Shown piece by piece: positions 22,679-35,196 of a stretch of 64,000 bases of DNA. The stretch lies in assembly GCA_013265495.1 (NCBI GenBank), contig MU058654.1:1-64000 (forward strand). The letters run 5' to 3'. The stretch's first letter is position 1, and every line of letters begins with the position of its first letter. Below the pieces are notes generated by a model. That model was not told the origin of the DNA and did no database searches. It saw only the letters and a list, made by a program, of their open reading frames with translations. Made by a program: the position numbers and the translations under genes. The stretch is from Vicugna vicugna. Lineage: Eukaryota.

Positions 22679-25633
22679 ATGTTCTGGTTTTTCACTTGTT
22701 GACCGACACAAATCTTCCCCAGAATCTATGCTAAAAATGACTTTGGTTATTCTGGATTGTAACCACTAGCAAACTGTATCTATTTTCACATGATGATAAA
22801 AGAGAGATAATGGTCATGAGCCATACTACAAATGACTTTTTCATAATAGATTCTAAAATTCATAAATATATTTTTGGAAGGGGATACAAATGACTACATA
22901 AACTGTTATTTTTACATAATCTTCATTTCCTGGCCAAAAAAAAAATGCTGATTTCATTTATGAACTGAAAGTGACTACAGGAAAAAAAAAATGACTTACG
23001 GTTTTTTTTATTGTGTTTTGTGATGCTAATGCATTAGTCAGTACAATATGAAGTCAGTAAGTGCATTTATGGGATTTATTTTAGCATTTTGGAGAAATAG
23101 CACTCACGGAAGGTTAATAGCCTTCCTTGGTCTATATAAAGAAAGAATAGAATATATTGTATGGGAAATTTTCTTTCTCAAGAAATAGAATAAAAAATAA
23201 TAAGGAAAATGTGATTTTGGTAAAAGTATATCTGAATTCTGTCTCCTGGACATCCAGATACGGGAAAATATACAGAGCAGGGCGGTTGGACCAGAAATTC
23301 TGGCTAGATGCTCTCCAGCATAATGATTTAAAGCAAGAATTGCTGACATGGGAAACCCTAAGCAAAGTCTTTGGGAGAAAAGAGCCAAGCCTCACCAACA
23401 GAAATCAGCAGGGAACCAACATCAAGTACAGGGGCTTCTGAATTCCTCCAAGGAACAGTAGGCAGTCTCAAACAAGATTGGAAGGGAGCACAGGTGAGAA
23501 GTAAGAGGGAGGAGCCTGGATGCTTACTGGGAATGCCTGTGTCCGCAGGTGAGTAAGATGGCAAAGGAACCAGCCACATGACTGCATGCAGCATCTGAGC
23601 AGATACGAAAACTATACTCAGAAACTGACTTAAAAAAAGAAATGTGCTTCTTTATAACTCTTCAGACCCTGACGGTATACTGTTCTCTCAAATGGCTCAG
23701 CTACTTAAAGAAATGAAACAAACCATAACACAAAAAGCTCTGTACCAAAGCGTATAATAAAAGTCCAAATGAATAGAAGTTCCACAAGGCCCATTTTATA
23801 AAACAACCAACCAGGTGGTAGCCTCTTCATCTCAGTAAGAAGTCAGAGGAAAAAGCAAATAACAAGAGATACTGGATTAAAGTGCCAGTAAACATTTGTA
23901 AAGGAAAGAATTAGAAGAGACTAATGTGGTCACTTTGTGTCTATTTGATAGTCAGAAACTATAAAGTCCATTGAGAAAAACATGTTAATTTTGTGGGCAC
24001 GCAATTAAAATAACTATTACATTTTGGCATCATAAATATGTTTACTACCACAATTAGACAGGGAGAAAGCACTGTGACTTTTCCCTTGTGTCTGTCAAAG
24101 TTAATCCGCACGATCTTGTTTCAGAATGCATTTATGACAGTATAATCTCATCTCTGCTATGTAAATTGAGTTGGATTCTGCTTTGCTTCTTTCATTTGCA
24201 GCGTATTTTGCTGGTGGTGGCTAGATAAAATGTTTCAGTGAAGGATAATTTGGTTGCCCTCCAGCACTTGAATGCCTGGGATTGCACAATCAAGGAATTG
24301 GTGTCACATTAAGGCAATTCTTATAATATAATCAAAGTTCTCGTGTTGTGCTCTCCTTGAGATGAAACAAACTAATGAAATGTATTGACCCTCCTCACGC
24401 ACTTCTGAAGCAAAATGACAAAGCAGTATTGAGACGACGTGAAATACATTGACATTGATTGTGAAGTCGGCGTTCCCCAGTCACATTGGTGGCTGATTAA
24501 AGTGTCACATTGACAATATAGCCCCTTTTGAACAGGAAATTAATACCAGCTTGGTGGTAAAAAGAATCTTATTCCACAAGGAAACTCACATCATCTTTAT
24601 TTCTTCTTAGAAAAAAAAGGTCACATCTTTTGCACCAGCACAGCCTTGAATTGTTTTTTTTTTTTGTTTTGAAAGATAATCAGAAGTGTCATCACTATAA
24701 TTATTTCAAAAAAACAGGATGCCTATGGTATTTCATGATAATTTTGGTTACGAATAACTCTCAAAAATAAAGAGACAATAAATAAACAGTAAGAAATTTT
24801 TGAGCCTTTCATTAACTTATTTGAATAGACATTTAGCTTAAACATTAGAAGTTTAAAATGTTACAAATATTAGAAAAATATTTAGCATCATTAATTTCCT
24901 AGACATAAAATAAGAAAAGAAATGGCACATTTCTGAAATTCTAGCTGTTTGATATTACACCCAGACACTTAATTCCAGAGGCAGTACATTTTTCTTTGTA
25001 GAAGCTACCATATGCCACCATTCTAGAATTCAAACTGGAAAAGAACATACAAGAAAAAGGATCAACTTGTGGACACACTTGATTTGCCAACCCCATAGCA
25101 TCCTGTTCCCCCTTTTCATGGAGGAAGGAAATGTCTGCTCTAGGTTTCAGGTTTTCCATTGCTTCATTAACTTCCCTTTCAACCTTGCTTAATAATTCAC
25201 TCAATAGATAATACAATGTTGGCATTCCTGACCTTAATAGATGAGGAACTGCTGCTTGTATGAGAAAGAGATTTCACCAGGTTTCCTCCAGCAAAAGGGG
25301 TATGGGAGATACGAGGTGAATGTTTTAAAAGGTGGGGAAAGAGGTGGAGAGGTGGCTAGGGCTGTCTTTTTAAAGTTCAGCCATGATAAGATCAAAGCTA
25401 AGATCATATTCAGATCTAAGTTTGTCTTGCTGGATGTAGAACTCAAGTCCAGCATTGTTCTTAGGTTATTTACCTTCTTTCTTATGTCAGCTTTCACTTC
25501 CATTGAAATCCCCTCACTGCTGTCCTGCAAAGTGGGGCAGTGATTTCCATCTGTGGCTGTTTTTCCTCTTTCCCACTTTCCTAAGAACATACCTTTGGTT
25601 ATGATTTGATAGTCTTTCATTACATTGTGTGCT

Positions 25634-26207
25634 TTTTTTAAAATTTTATAGATTTTTAAAAAAAGATTTATTGAAATATGGTCAGTTACAATGTGTCAAT
25701 TTCTGGTGTATAGCATATACATATATAACATATATACATATATTACTTTTCATAAACTTTTCATTAAAGGTTATTACAAGATATTGAATATAGTTCCCTG
25801 TACTATACAGAAGAAATTTGTTTTTTATCTATTTTTACATATAGTGGTTAACATTTATCTGGAGAGAGCTCTAATTTGAAAAGACACATGCACCCCAATG
25901 CTCATAGCAGCAATATTTATCTGGAGAGAGCTCTAATTTGAAAAGACACATGAAAAGTCACATGCCCACCCCAATGCTCATAGCAGCACTATTTACAATA
26001 GCTAAGGCATGGAAGCAGCATAAATGTCCATCGACAGATGACTAGATAAAGAAGTTGTGGTGTATATATAAATGAAATACTACTCAGCAATAAAAAAGGA
26101 TAAATAATGCCATTTGCAGCAACATGGGTGGACCTGGATCTCATCATTCTGAGTGAAGTAAGCCGGAAAGAGAAAGAAAAATACCATATGATATCACTAT
26201 GTGGAAA
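25634..26207 (-). mobile_element. L1 3' insertion with 5' inversion and internal tandem duplications
   Basis: T-tail and antisense 3' UTR at 25634-25856, switching to sense ORF2 C-terminus at 25853-26206. 62-bp unit repeated (25853-25914, 25915-25990). Only a degenerate TSD (cattacattgtgtgct / catcacactgtgct). Confidence 0.85.
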
Positions 26208-26693
26208 CCATCACACTGTGCTGTAATGAGAAGGGCAAGAGCTCAGGGATCAAGATTTCAGTCCCCTGACCCCTACCACTATCAGTTACCATGGCCCTTT
26301 GCCTTGGATAGTTTTTACTTGGACGTGCCTACTTTCCTTCTTATTTGCTCAAAAATCTCACTAACATTTTGCTAGTAGCAAATGCCTGCTCTACTTCTAA
26401 ATGCACAAAGAGCTGTTTGATTTATCTGCTAATTTGTAACTAGAAAGAAAATGTGAAAAAAAAAACTCAGAGGAAATAGAGTTTTTCTTATTCTGGTCAC
26501 ACTTTCAATACTATTGGCCTTCAGAATTCATATCTCACTGGTTCAGCCTTCCGAGCACAAGTTGAGTGAAAAAATGTTGAGGCTTCCTTGCATGAGTTGA
26601 GTGGAAAAAAAATTTTTTTTTAAAGTGATAGCTGCTATGAAGGATAGCATTCAAATATTCTGATGACTACCCTTGGTCCAACATTTGAAACAC

Positions 26694-27918
26694 TATTGTT
26701 GAATTTTAAGAGTTCCCTATATATTTTGGATATCAATCTCTTTTCAGATATCTGTTTTGTAAGTATTTCCTCCCATTCTGCACATTGTCCTTTCACTCTG
26801 TTGATTATGTCATTTGATGCACAAAAATGTTACATTTTGATGAAGTCAAAGTGGTCTACTTTTTCTTTTGTGGCTTGTGTGTTTAGTGTCATGTCCAAAA
26901 AGTGATTGCCAAATGTAATATGATGAAGCTCTTCTTTTATGTTTTCTTCTACGAGTTCTATAGTTTTAGGTGCTACATTTAGGATTCATTATAAGTTAAT
27001 GTTTTTGTAGGTAAAGGACTTGAACAGACATTTCTCCAAAGACAATACACAAATGGACAAAAAGCATAAGAAAAGATGTTCAATATCATTAATCAGGAGG
27101 GAAATGCAAATTAAAACCACAATGCGATACCACTTCACACCTAACCTATTAGAATGGCTATTAGTGAAACAAACACATAAACAAAAAAAAATAACAGCAA
27201 GCACTGGCAAGGATGTGGAGAAACTGGAACAACTGTGCATTGCTGGTGGTGATGTAAAATGATGTGGCCACTGTGAAAAACAGTATGGTGGTTCCTCAAA
27301 AGTTAGAAATAGAAATACCATATTATCTAGCAATTTCACTTCTTAGTATACACCCAAAAGAATTTAAAGTAGGTAAACAAAGACATATTTGGACATCAAC
27401 ATTAATAACAGTATTATTCACAATAGCCAAATTGTGGAAGCAACCCATGTGCTCATCAATGGATGAATAAATGGATAAACAAACAAACAAAATGGATAAA
27501 CAAAGTGTAGTATATACACAATAAAATATTATCCAATCTTAAAAAAAGAAATTTTGATGCATATTATAAAATGGTTGAGCCTTGAACACATTATGCTAAG
27601 TGAAATAAGATAGTAAAAAAGGACAAATACTATATGATTTCACTCAAAGTTTACGCCATAGAGTAGTCAAATTCATACTTACAGCAGTAAAATTCATACA
27701 GAAAGTTGAATGGTGGTGGCCAGGGGCTAGTGGTGAGTTGAGGGCAGGGAACCAGTGTTTTATGGGTTTAGAGATTTAGTTTTGCAAGATGAAAAAAAGT
27801 TCTGTGGATGGGTGATGGTGATGGTTGCACAACGAAGTGAATATACTTAATGCCACTTAATTGAACACTTGAAATAGTAAATTTTATGTAATGTATATTT
27901 TACCACAATAAAAATAAA
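26694..27918 (+). mobile_element. Old L1MA/MB-type element with 5' inversion
   Basis: 26694-27010 antisense ORF2; 27011-27918 sense ORF2 end (NRHFSKDN...[15 protein letters not shown]), 3' UTR and aataaaaataaa tail. Confidence 0.85.
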
Positions 27919-28239
27919 TCCATCATTAAAAACGCAATCTAGGTTTTGACAAATTCAACAGCATGAAAATGCCTAGGGATCTGGTTAATCGACCAATTAA
28001 TTAATTCCACACTCACTAGATACTTTTATTTCTAGATATTCTAAATTCAAAGAACTTAAATAATAAGATAAAATTACTGTCCTCCTGTCCTCTAGGATTT
28101 TACAGTATGAAGAAGAATCATGCCTAGAAACACTTACTAAATGTAGAAGTTGAACACTGTAGTATGCTTACCCCAGGCATAAGATGATCTGTTGAGAGAT
28201 ACTGTAATTTACTAGGAATTGTAACTCTCTTAATTTAAT

Positions 28240-28430
28240 TTAATATAACTGCTTTATTGAGATATAATTTGTATATAATTCAATTCACCCACTTAAAAGG
28301 ATACAACTCGATATTTTTAGTATCGTCAGGGTTGTGCCACCATCACCACAGTTTTACAACGTTTTCATCACTCCCCCAAAATAAATTTCCTATTCACTCA
28401 GTCCCTTTTCATTTTCCCCAGCCACTCTTC
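28240..28430 (-). mobile_element. L1MB-type 3' terminal fragment
   Basis: aactgctttattgagatataatt...ttcacccacttaaaaggatacaactc...gttgtgccaccatcaccac. Confidence 0.7.
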
Positions 28431-30100
28431 ACCTGAGGAGTTAATGGATGGGCATCATTGTATGAAAATACATTTCTCCGTGTGTGTACCCACATGGGCA
28501 TTTTCCTGGGCAAAACTTTCATAACCTCCATCTAACTCTCAAAGAGGTCCTTCAACATTGGTAAAGATGGGAGAGTTTACTGTCCTCACATAAACTAAGG
28601 AAAAGCTGTCCAGAGTTAGGTCCATGTAAGAATACTAAGCATTGATCTGTGGTTTCAAAAGAGCTTATAATGTTCTCTTCCTTGGGAACTTTGAAAAAAG
28701 GACACTAACTCCATGAATACATTAGTTTATGAAATCTACTGATTAGCAAGATACTACTGAGTTAAGATACAGTTTTCACCCTGCCACCCAGATTTCTGTG
28801 TTGAGTTTGCATAAAATGTCTTAATCTGATGGCCTTGCACAGACTCGTGTGCTTTTGTTTTTGTAAAATGGACCAGCATCATAAAAATTACTAGGATGGT
28901 GGAACTGGAAGAGGGTAAAGGCACTGAACTCTCTTACAATATAAATGTCTGGACATACAAGAAGGATCTTTCCTGATTGTTTTACCCAAGGGTGGATAGT
29001 AGGTTTTAGGCTGCAAATAAAATAAAGAAAATGCTAAGGAATTTCACAGGGGATTTTTTTTTTCTGCTAGTGAGAGTGAAATAAAGAAAAGAAAGCATTC
29101 TTACAGTGTCTCTGTTAGTTACATCTTCCCTGGAGTTGCAACTGTAAAATATAATTTCTGTATAGAATTTATTCTTTTCTGGAATGTGATATGGATGGGA
29201 GAGGTAGACCCATAGCTTCTTACAAGAAAGGTTTCAATGACCATTTTTTAAAGGCACAATGATCACCTTTCACTATAGCACAAGGTTATTCAGTGGTCAA
29301 AGGCAATATTTGTGAAATATGCACTTTTGCATGTAACGTCAAACCCTGGGACTGGCACGTCAGTCATAGATCCAGGTGACTGAACTATGCCATATGGCTT
29401 CTTGCTGTTTATAACATTCCCCAAAAGGTGGCTTTTTCATCCAAATGAGCCTTCACTTATTACAGTGTCCAAGTTTCATGGAAGAAGCCTGCTAACATTA
29501 CCTGATACCTCTTGTAAGCAGTTCTCAAATCAACCGATCTTTTGTAGTTCTCTTTAATGGAGCCTGGATGATGAATTTACATCTATATATCAGAAACATT
29601 GTCTTCTGCCCTACATTACTAATGTCAGAAAATTGCCTCTATATAATTCATCAAAGTATTTCTATAGACTCACTCCTTTATTATCTTTTCTCTTGCAAAC
29701 GTCAGGGAAGACCTTTAATCTTGCCTGGCTGCATTCTGCATGTCTTTTTACATTAAAAGGCTTGAGCGGGTACCAGTGCAGGCAGTAAGAATGGGGGGCA
29801 AACAGTGATGGGGATAGTTGCGTGGAAGTGACTTAAAAAATGGCTAGACAGAAAATATCCTTCAAATAGATCCCAGCCTAAGAAAAGTGGTTTTTAAATT
29901 TGTTTGGAAAAAATTAAGGTATCACTTGTATTTATGTTCTCTTTAGTTTTCCTTCAGAATTCTCACCCTTCCCCCATCTTGACTTATCCTCCTGGCCTCG
30001 TCCTCAATACATACACTTTAATTCTTTGTCATCTTTAATAACAGAAACTAAAAGAAGTGGAAGTCTGACAATGTGATCAGTGCCTTTCCAACCCAGTGTT

Positions 30101-30781
30101 TTGTTTTGTTCTGTTTTTTTTACAAGTAATCTGTATGTATGTATGTATTTATTACTGAGTTATAGTCAGTTTACAATGTTGTCTCAGTTTCTGGTGTACA
30201 GCACAATTCTTCAGTCATACATGAATATACATATATCCATTTTCATATTCTTTTTCACCGTGAGCTACTACAAGATCTTGTATATGTCTCCCTGTGCTGT
30301 ACAGTGTAAACTTGTGGATCTATTCTATATAAACCTGTCAGTATCTACAGATCTTGAACTCACAGTCTGTCCCTTCCCCTCCTCCTTCCCCTGGCAACCA
30401 CAAGTTTGTATTCTATGTCTGTGAGTCTGTTTCTGTTTTATATTTAAGTTCATTTGTCTTCTTCTCTCTTTGTTTTTTTTTAAGATTCCACATATAAGCA
30501 ATCTCATATGGTATTTTTCTTTCTCTTTCTGGCTTACTTCACTTAGAATGACATTATCCAGGTCCATCCATGTTACTGCAAATGGCATTATTTTATTATT
30601 TTTTATGGCTGAGTAGTATTCCAGTATATAAATATACCAGAACTTCTTTATCCAGCCATCTATTGATGGACTTTTAGGCTGTTTCCATGTCTTGGCTATT
30701 GTAAATAGTGCTGCTATGAACACTGTGGTGCAGGTGTCTTTATGAAGTAGGTTTCCTTCTGGATATATGTCCAGGAGTGGT
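30101..30781 (-). mobile_element. LINE-1 3' end, intermediate-age member of the young family
   Basis: Minus [20 protein letters not shown]...KEKYHMRLLICGI. TSD caacccagtgtt (30089-30100) / caagccagtgtt (30782-30793). Confidence 0.92.
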
Positions 30782-31489
30782 CAAGCCAGTGTTATAATGA
30801 GGCCCTTGGAAATGACAGATAAGCTTATATGATTCACAGTCCTAAATCTTTGATGTCTCAAGGCTGATCTCATTTTTCCCCTGTAGTTTGCTCCAGTGAA
30901 GTATCATGGGGAAGTAGCACTGAAGTAGGTCCTCTTCTCAAGAGCACAGACACCACTGACAAGTGCATTGGGAACAATGACTTAATACCGAGGAACACAT
31001 AAAAAGGATAAACTTAATGATATTTTCAGATGAAATAAAAACACTCAGATTTTAAATATGCTTTTAAAAGACCTACAACGATACCAAATACGAGTTAGCC
31101 ACACCACGAGGAGTTTTATTTCTTTGTTTGGCACATGCACCGTGCATAAGAAGGAAAGATCATTGGGTTATTTATGTCCTCAGACCAGGAGGGTTAGGCT
31201 CAACAGGGGTAAAGATTTTCTGTAAAAAAAAAGGTTGTTCAAAGAATAATTGAGAAAAAAAAAACAGGACTGCAAACAGAGACTGACATATTCACCTTCG
31301 TCACCCCAAGTACCATCACAATACCTGATACATAATAGTGGTTCAATAAATGGCTTTGGGGTTGACAGGGGGCTTGCACAAGTTATTGGGTTTCTGTGAG
31401 TTTTAATTTCCTCATTTATGAGTTGACTATAGAGTGTGGGTTAGAAACTTAAGTATGGAGTCATATCATTGAGAGCGCTAATCCTAACT

Positions 31490-34400
31490 GCCCCCTAATT
31501 CTAAAATACAAGCCCAGTGGGAAGGGGGTTTTCCAGTATTTTCCTCCTCGAGTGGACCTGGGATAAAGTTGTTCTTAAGAGAGTTCTGCATGAGATTTAG
31601 AAAGTGGAAGTGAAGAATCAGCTGTCCATGTGGCGGCTAAATGCAGGGCCACAGAGGCCACCACTGGACCACGTGATGTCTCTGGTCTGCTATTAACCTC
31701 ATTGATGTGAGCCAGCAGTCAGGCTCCTTCAACCTCCTTGAGTCCTGGATGGGCTTATTTGTTTTTGTTTTTTGTTTTTTCTATGGGAAAGGGGATAAGC
31801 ACATCTTGCAGCAGTTCATCTGCTTTATCAGGTTTCGATGCATGAGCACCAGGAATGGGATTCAGCTTGCTTTCATGGATTCTGCTTTGTTCTTTCAGGT
31901 CCCAGATTGCTCTTGCTTTGCATCCTGCTGATTCCCAATAACCAGACAACGTTTGGAAGATACTAATGGAATAAAAGAATTACATGATTTTCCAAGTTAT
32001 ACTGGCAGACCTTGGGGTACGTGTATGTAGAGGGAGCCTAAGGGTGTTGGATAAGAATGAGAGGAGAATAATGTTGGACTGAGTCAAATTTGTAGGTGCG
32101 GTTGTGCCAAGCAGGTTGGCTGAGAGTGGCTTAAGTTTTCTTCCTTGGTTGGTTGAAATATGGTATTGGGCAGCACTGAATGAAGTTGAAATACCAGTGA
32201 GATTATTATATGAGGCCTTCTTACTCATCTTCTAACTATGTTCTCCACAAGGGGCCAGAGAATGCCTCCTTCATCAAAGCTTTGAGAGTTACATTCGTGA
32301 GCAGAACCCCAGTATCCTTAAGAACTCTGTGGTGGCTATCCCCTGCAGGCCAAAAGTAAGAGTAGTGAATACTGCCAACAAACCAGGTTCCCTGAGTTCA
32401 ATGAAAATGATGGAAACTTGAGGTTAGAGGGGCCAAGTGGAAGCACTTAATCACCAGAGACAAGATGGGTGTGGTAACCACAGGGAGAGCAGAGCCATAG
32501 TCATAATCAAATGCATTTGACCCACAAAGATCTTTGGCATTGGCTAATTAATCATGGTGTTCTTCTAAATTAAATAGATGTGCATCCTACTAATGTCTTA
32601 CTTAACGTATGTGAGTGGGAAATCTCTTTATCTGATGAAAAGAAATATAAATGAATCACCATTCTAAACAGATAGTGAGACCTCACCAAATTCCCAGACT
32701 CGATCCAGTAGACCGTCTCAGGGAAAACTTGTAAAAAGGTCAGGGAGGAAGGAATCACGTCCACTTTAGGAAGACTCTTACTACACCACCAAAAATTTAT
32801 ACTGTAATTCATTCTCCTAGCGTTATTCAGAGGGACCTATAACTGTTTATTAGAGTGACATGAACCAGGAAAGGAGAAATAACCCAACCTTCTAGAAATT
32901 ACTAGCCACCAGCTCTGAGTCAACACTAATTACTAAAACCCCAAATATCACTGTGATCTACCAATCAGAATGGGAGCTTATGACATCAGGAGATCGGTGG
33001 AGTTTTAGCTTGCGTCTGTCTCATTAGGGAGCTCAGCAGATACCTGGATCCACCCTGTGGTTATTTCTCCAGATTCAGAATGTAGAGTTGGAAGAGACAC
33101 ACTTAGTAAGTTTGTAAAATTCTTGTATTGAGTCTCTGACCTGTGGAGTGGACTTTATGATGATAGGAAAGTTAAGTAGAAGGTGGTGCAGCTGAATTGT
33201 CATCACTGCAGGGCTGGGATGATGTTCCCCAAAAGATGTTCTATGCTCTATATCAGTGATGAGTACATGAGGCTATTTCCTTCACAGCAAAGACTCATGG
33301 GTTTGGGAATCAGGGGATGGAAATGAGTGACTTTTGTCACTCTTACTGCCAATAATCCATTAGTGGAATACTTGCATCTTTTTTCCTTTAACTACTGATT
33401 CAGAGGTCTTAGTTTCCATGGGAAGACTGAGTCTACCAGAGTTTACAGGACAGATTTCATTAACATGGAGGGTGAGATACCTTCCTGGCCACTGTGTGCT
33501 CGTCACACTAGTGAATCAGCAGGAACTGGGTGTTTACTGTACAAACTGTTATGATTAATCCAACTAACAAGGAATAGATGAGTTGTTAACCTTTCCCTCA
33601 GGAATAAAGGTCTAGGTCACTCTACCAAACAAGGAGCTACAAAGACCCAAGGTTCTTGCTGAAAGCAAAGGGAATATGGAAGAGGTAGTACACGAAGATT
33701 ACTTTAAATATCAGCCACAGCCACGTGCTCATTGCAGAAATAAAGATTATACAAGTTTCTCTGCATTATCTTAATACAACTATTCTTGCGTACCCATTAG
33801 GCAGTCCTTTCCCCTCTACTCAATACTGACTTCACAGGATATCAAATGGGAAGTGTGACTCAGTTTGAATAGGAGTAAGTTATCATCCAAAGATGTATAA
33901 ACTGAAATTTGGACTTTGCCTCCTTTCTCGGGAAAGATTTATTGTGCTTTCCTTTGTAAAAGGAATGATTGCATCATCTTAGGCAGAAACATAATTTTGC
34001 CATCGTCTTTATTTGGAAGTTAAATATAGTTAGACGGACCCGCATACGCATGTCAAGTTGACAAGACGCGAAATGTGCATCAACTTAGCTAAGCTGGTAC
34101 TGCATATCCCAGAATCTCCTCCACGTGTGTTCTGGGTTTGGTGGGACTCAGGGGAAACTGGCACAGAGCTGGGAGGCAGAGTGAAGCAAAGGCCACTTTC
34201 TTAGAGTTTAGTGGAGGACCCAGCTGCTGACTGGACGTGCTCGCGGGGTATTGGTGTGGGGTAGCAGCTGGGTCCAAAGGTAACTCCAGCTGGAGTCAAA
34301 GGGCTTCTCCTTCTGCCTCTCTGAGTTCTGGGCCAGGCGTGTGTGTCACTCTGCATAGAACGGAAACTGCCTCCTTTGAAAGTCACCAAGTGTTGGGTTA

Positions 34401-35196
34401 AGACGCAGTGAGGAAGTTCCAGTTTGTCCTCACGCGTTCTGGCTTGTCCTTGCCTTTCCAATCTGTGCTTCTGCCTTTCCTGCTTGTCTGCGCACCTTGC
34501 TGACCTCCAGAAAGATCAGTCACATCATTAGACTCTGAGGTCTCCATAGGTCACCTCTTTGCTTTCCTGCTTAGTGACTTTTTTTTTTTTTAATTGTTTT
34601 TCCAGTTAATATCTCACGAACCTTTTTTTTTCTCGTNNNNNNNNNNNNNNNNNNNNNNNNNNNNNNNNNNNNNNNNNNNNNNNNNNNNNNNNNNNNNNNN
34701 NNNNNNNNNNNNNNNNNNNNNNNNNNNNNNNNNNNNNNNNNNNNNNNNNNNNNNNNNNNNNNNNNNNNNNNNNNNNNNNNNNNNNNNNNNNNNNNNNNNN
34801 NNNNNNNNNNNNNNNNNNNNNNNNNNNNNNNNNNNNNNNNNNNNNNNNNNNNNNNNNNNNNNNNNNNNNNNNNNNNNNNNNNNNNNNNNNNNNNNNNNNN
34901 NNNNNNNNNNNNNNNNNNNNNNNNNNNNNGCCTTTCCAATCTGTGCTTCTGCCTTTCCTGCTTGTCTGCGCACCTTGCTGACCTCCAGAAAGATCAGTCA
35001 CATCATTAGACTCTGAGGTCTCCATAGGTCACCTCTTTGCTTTCCTGCTTAGTGACTTTTTTTTTTAACTGATTCTCCAGTTAATATCTCACGGACCTTT
35101 ATTTTCCTAGCTTCTCATATAATTGTGTATGGTGAAATAATTATGATAAATCCTTTAATTCACATTATTTCATCATTCCTGACTTAATCTGATACA
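31490..35196 (+). mobile_element. Degenerate, internally deleted ERVL provirus with LTR41-like LTRs
   Basis: 5' LTR relic ~31490-31950 (gcatgagatttagaaagtggaagtgaag). ERVL gag-like 32230-32720; protease-like 32830-33170 (decayed LDTGSE: ctagccaccagctctgag); integrase-end/dUTPase-like 33240-33740. 3' LTR from tgtgcatcaacttagctaagctgg (34074) to ctgataca (35196). No open ORF. Confidence 0.75.
34637..34929. other. Assembly gap (293 N) flanked by duplicated sequence
   Basis: Run of N; 34452-34636 recurs at 34930-~35111. Confidence 1.

Noticed and set aside
23452..23554. Possible + strand exon ending CAG|GTGAGT at 23549
   Set aside because: Donor is good but the upstream acceptors are weak; such motifs occur by chance.
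24941..25620. Adjacent minus-strand ORFs of 94 and 128 aa in unique sequence
   Set aside because: No recognisable domain, no clear splice framing or poly(A)/TSD of a retrocopy; lengths are compatible with chance. A tBLASTn hit would change this.
34571..35025. ORFs spanning the second N gap
   Set aside because: Artefacts of N translation and the false duplication.
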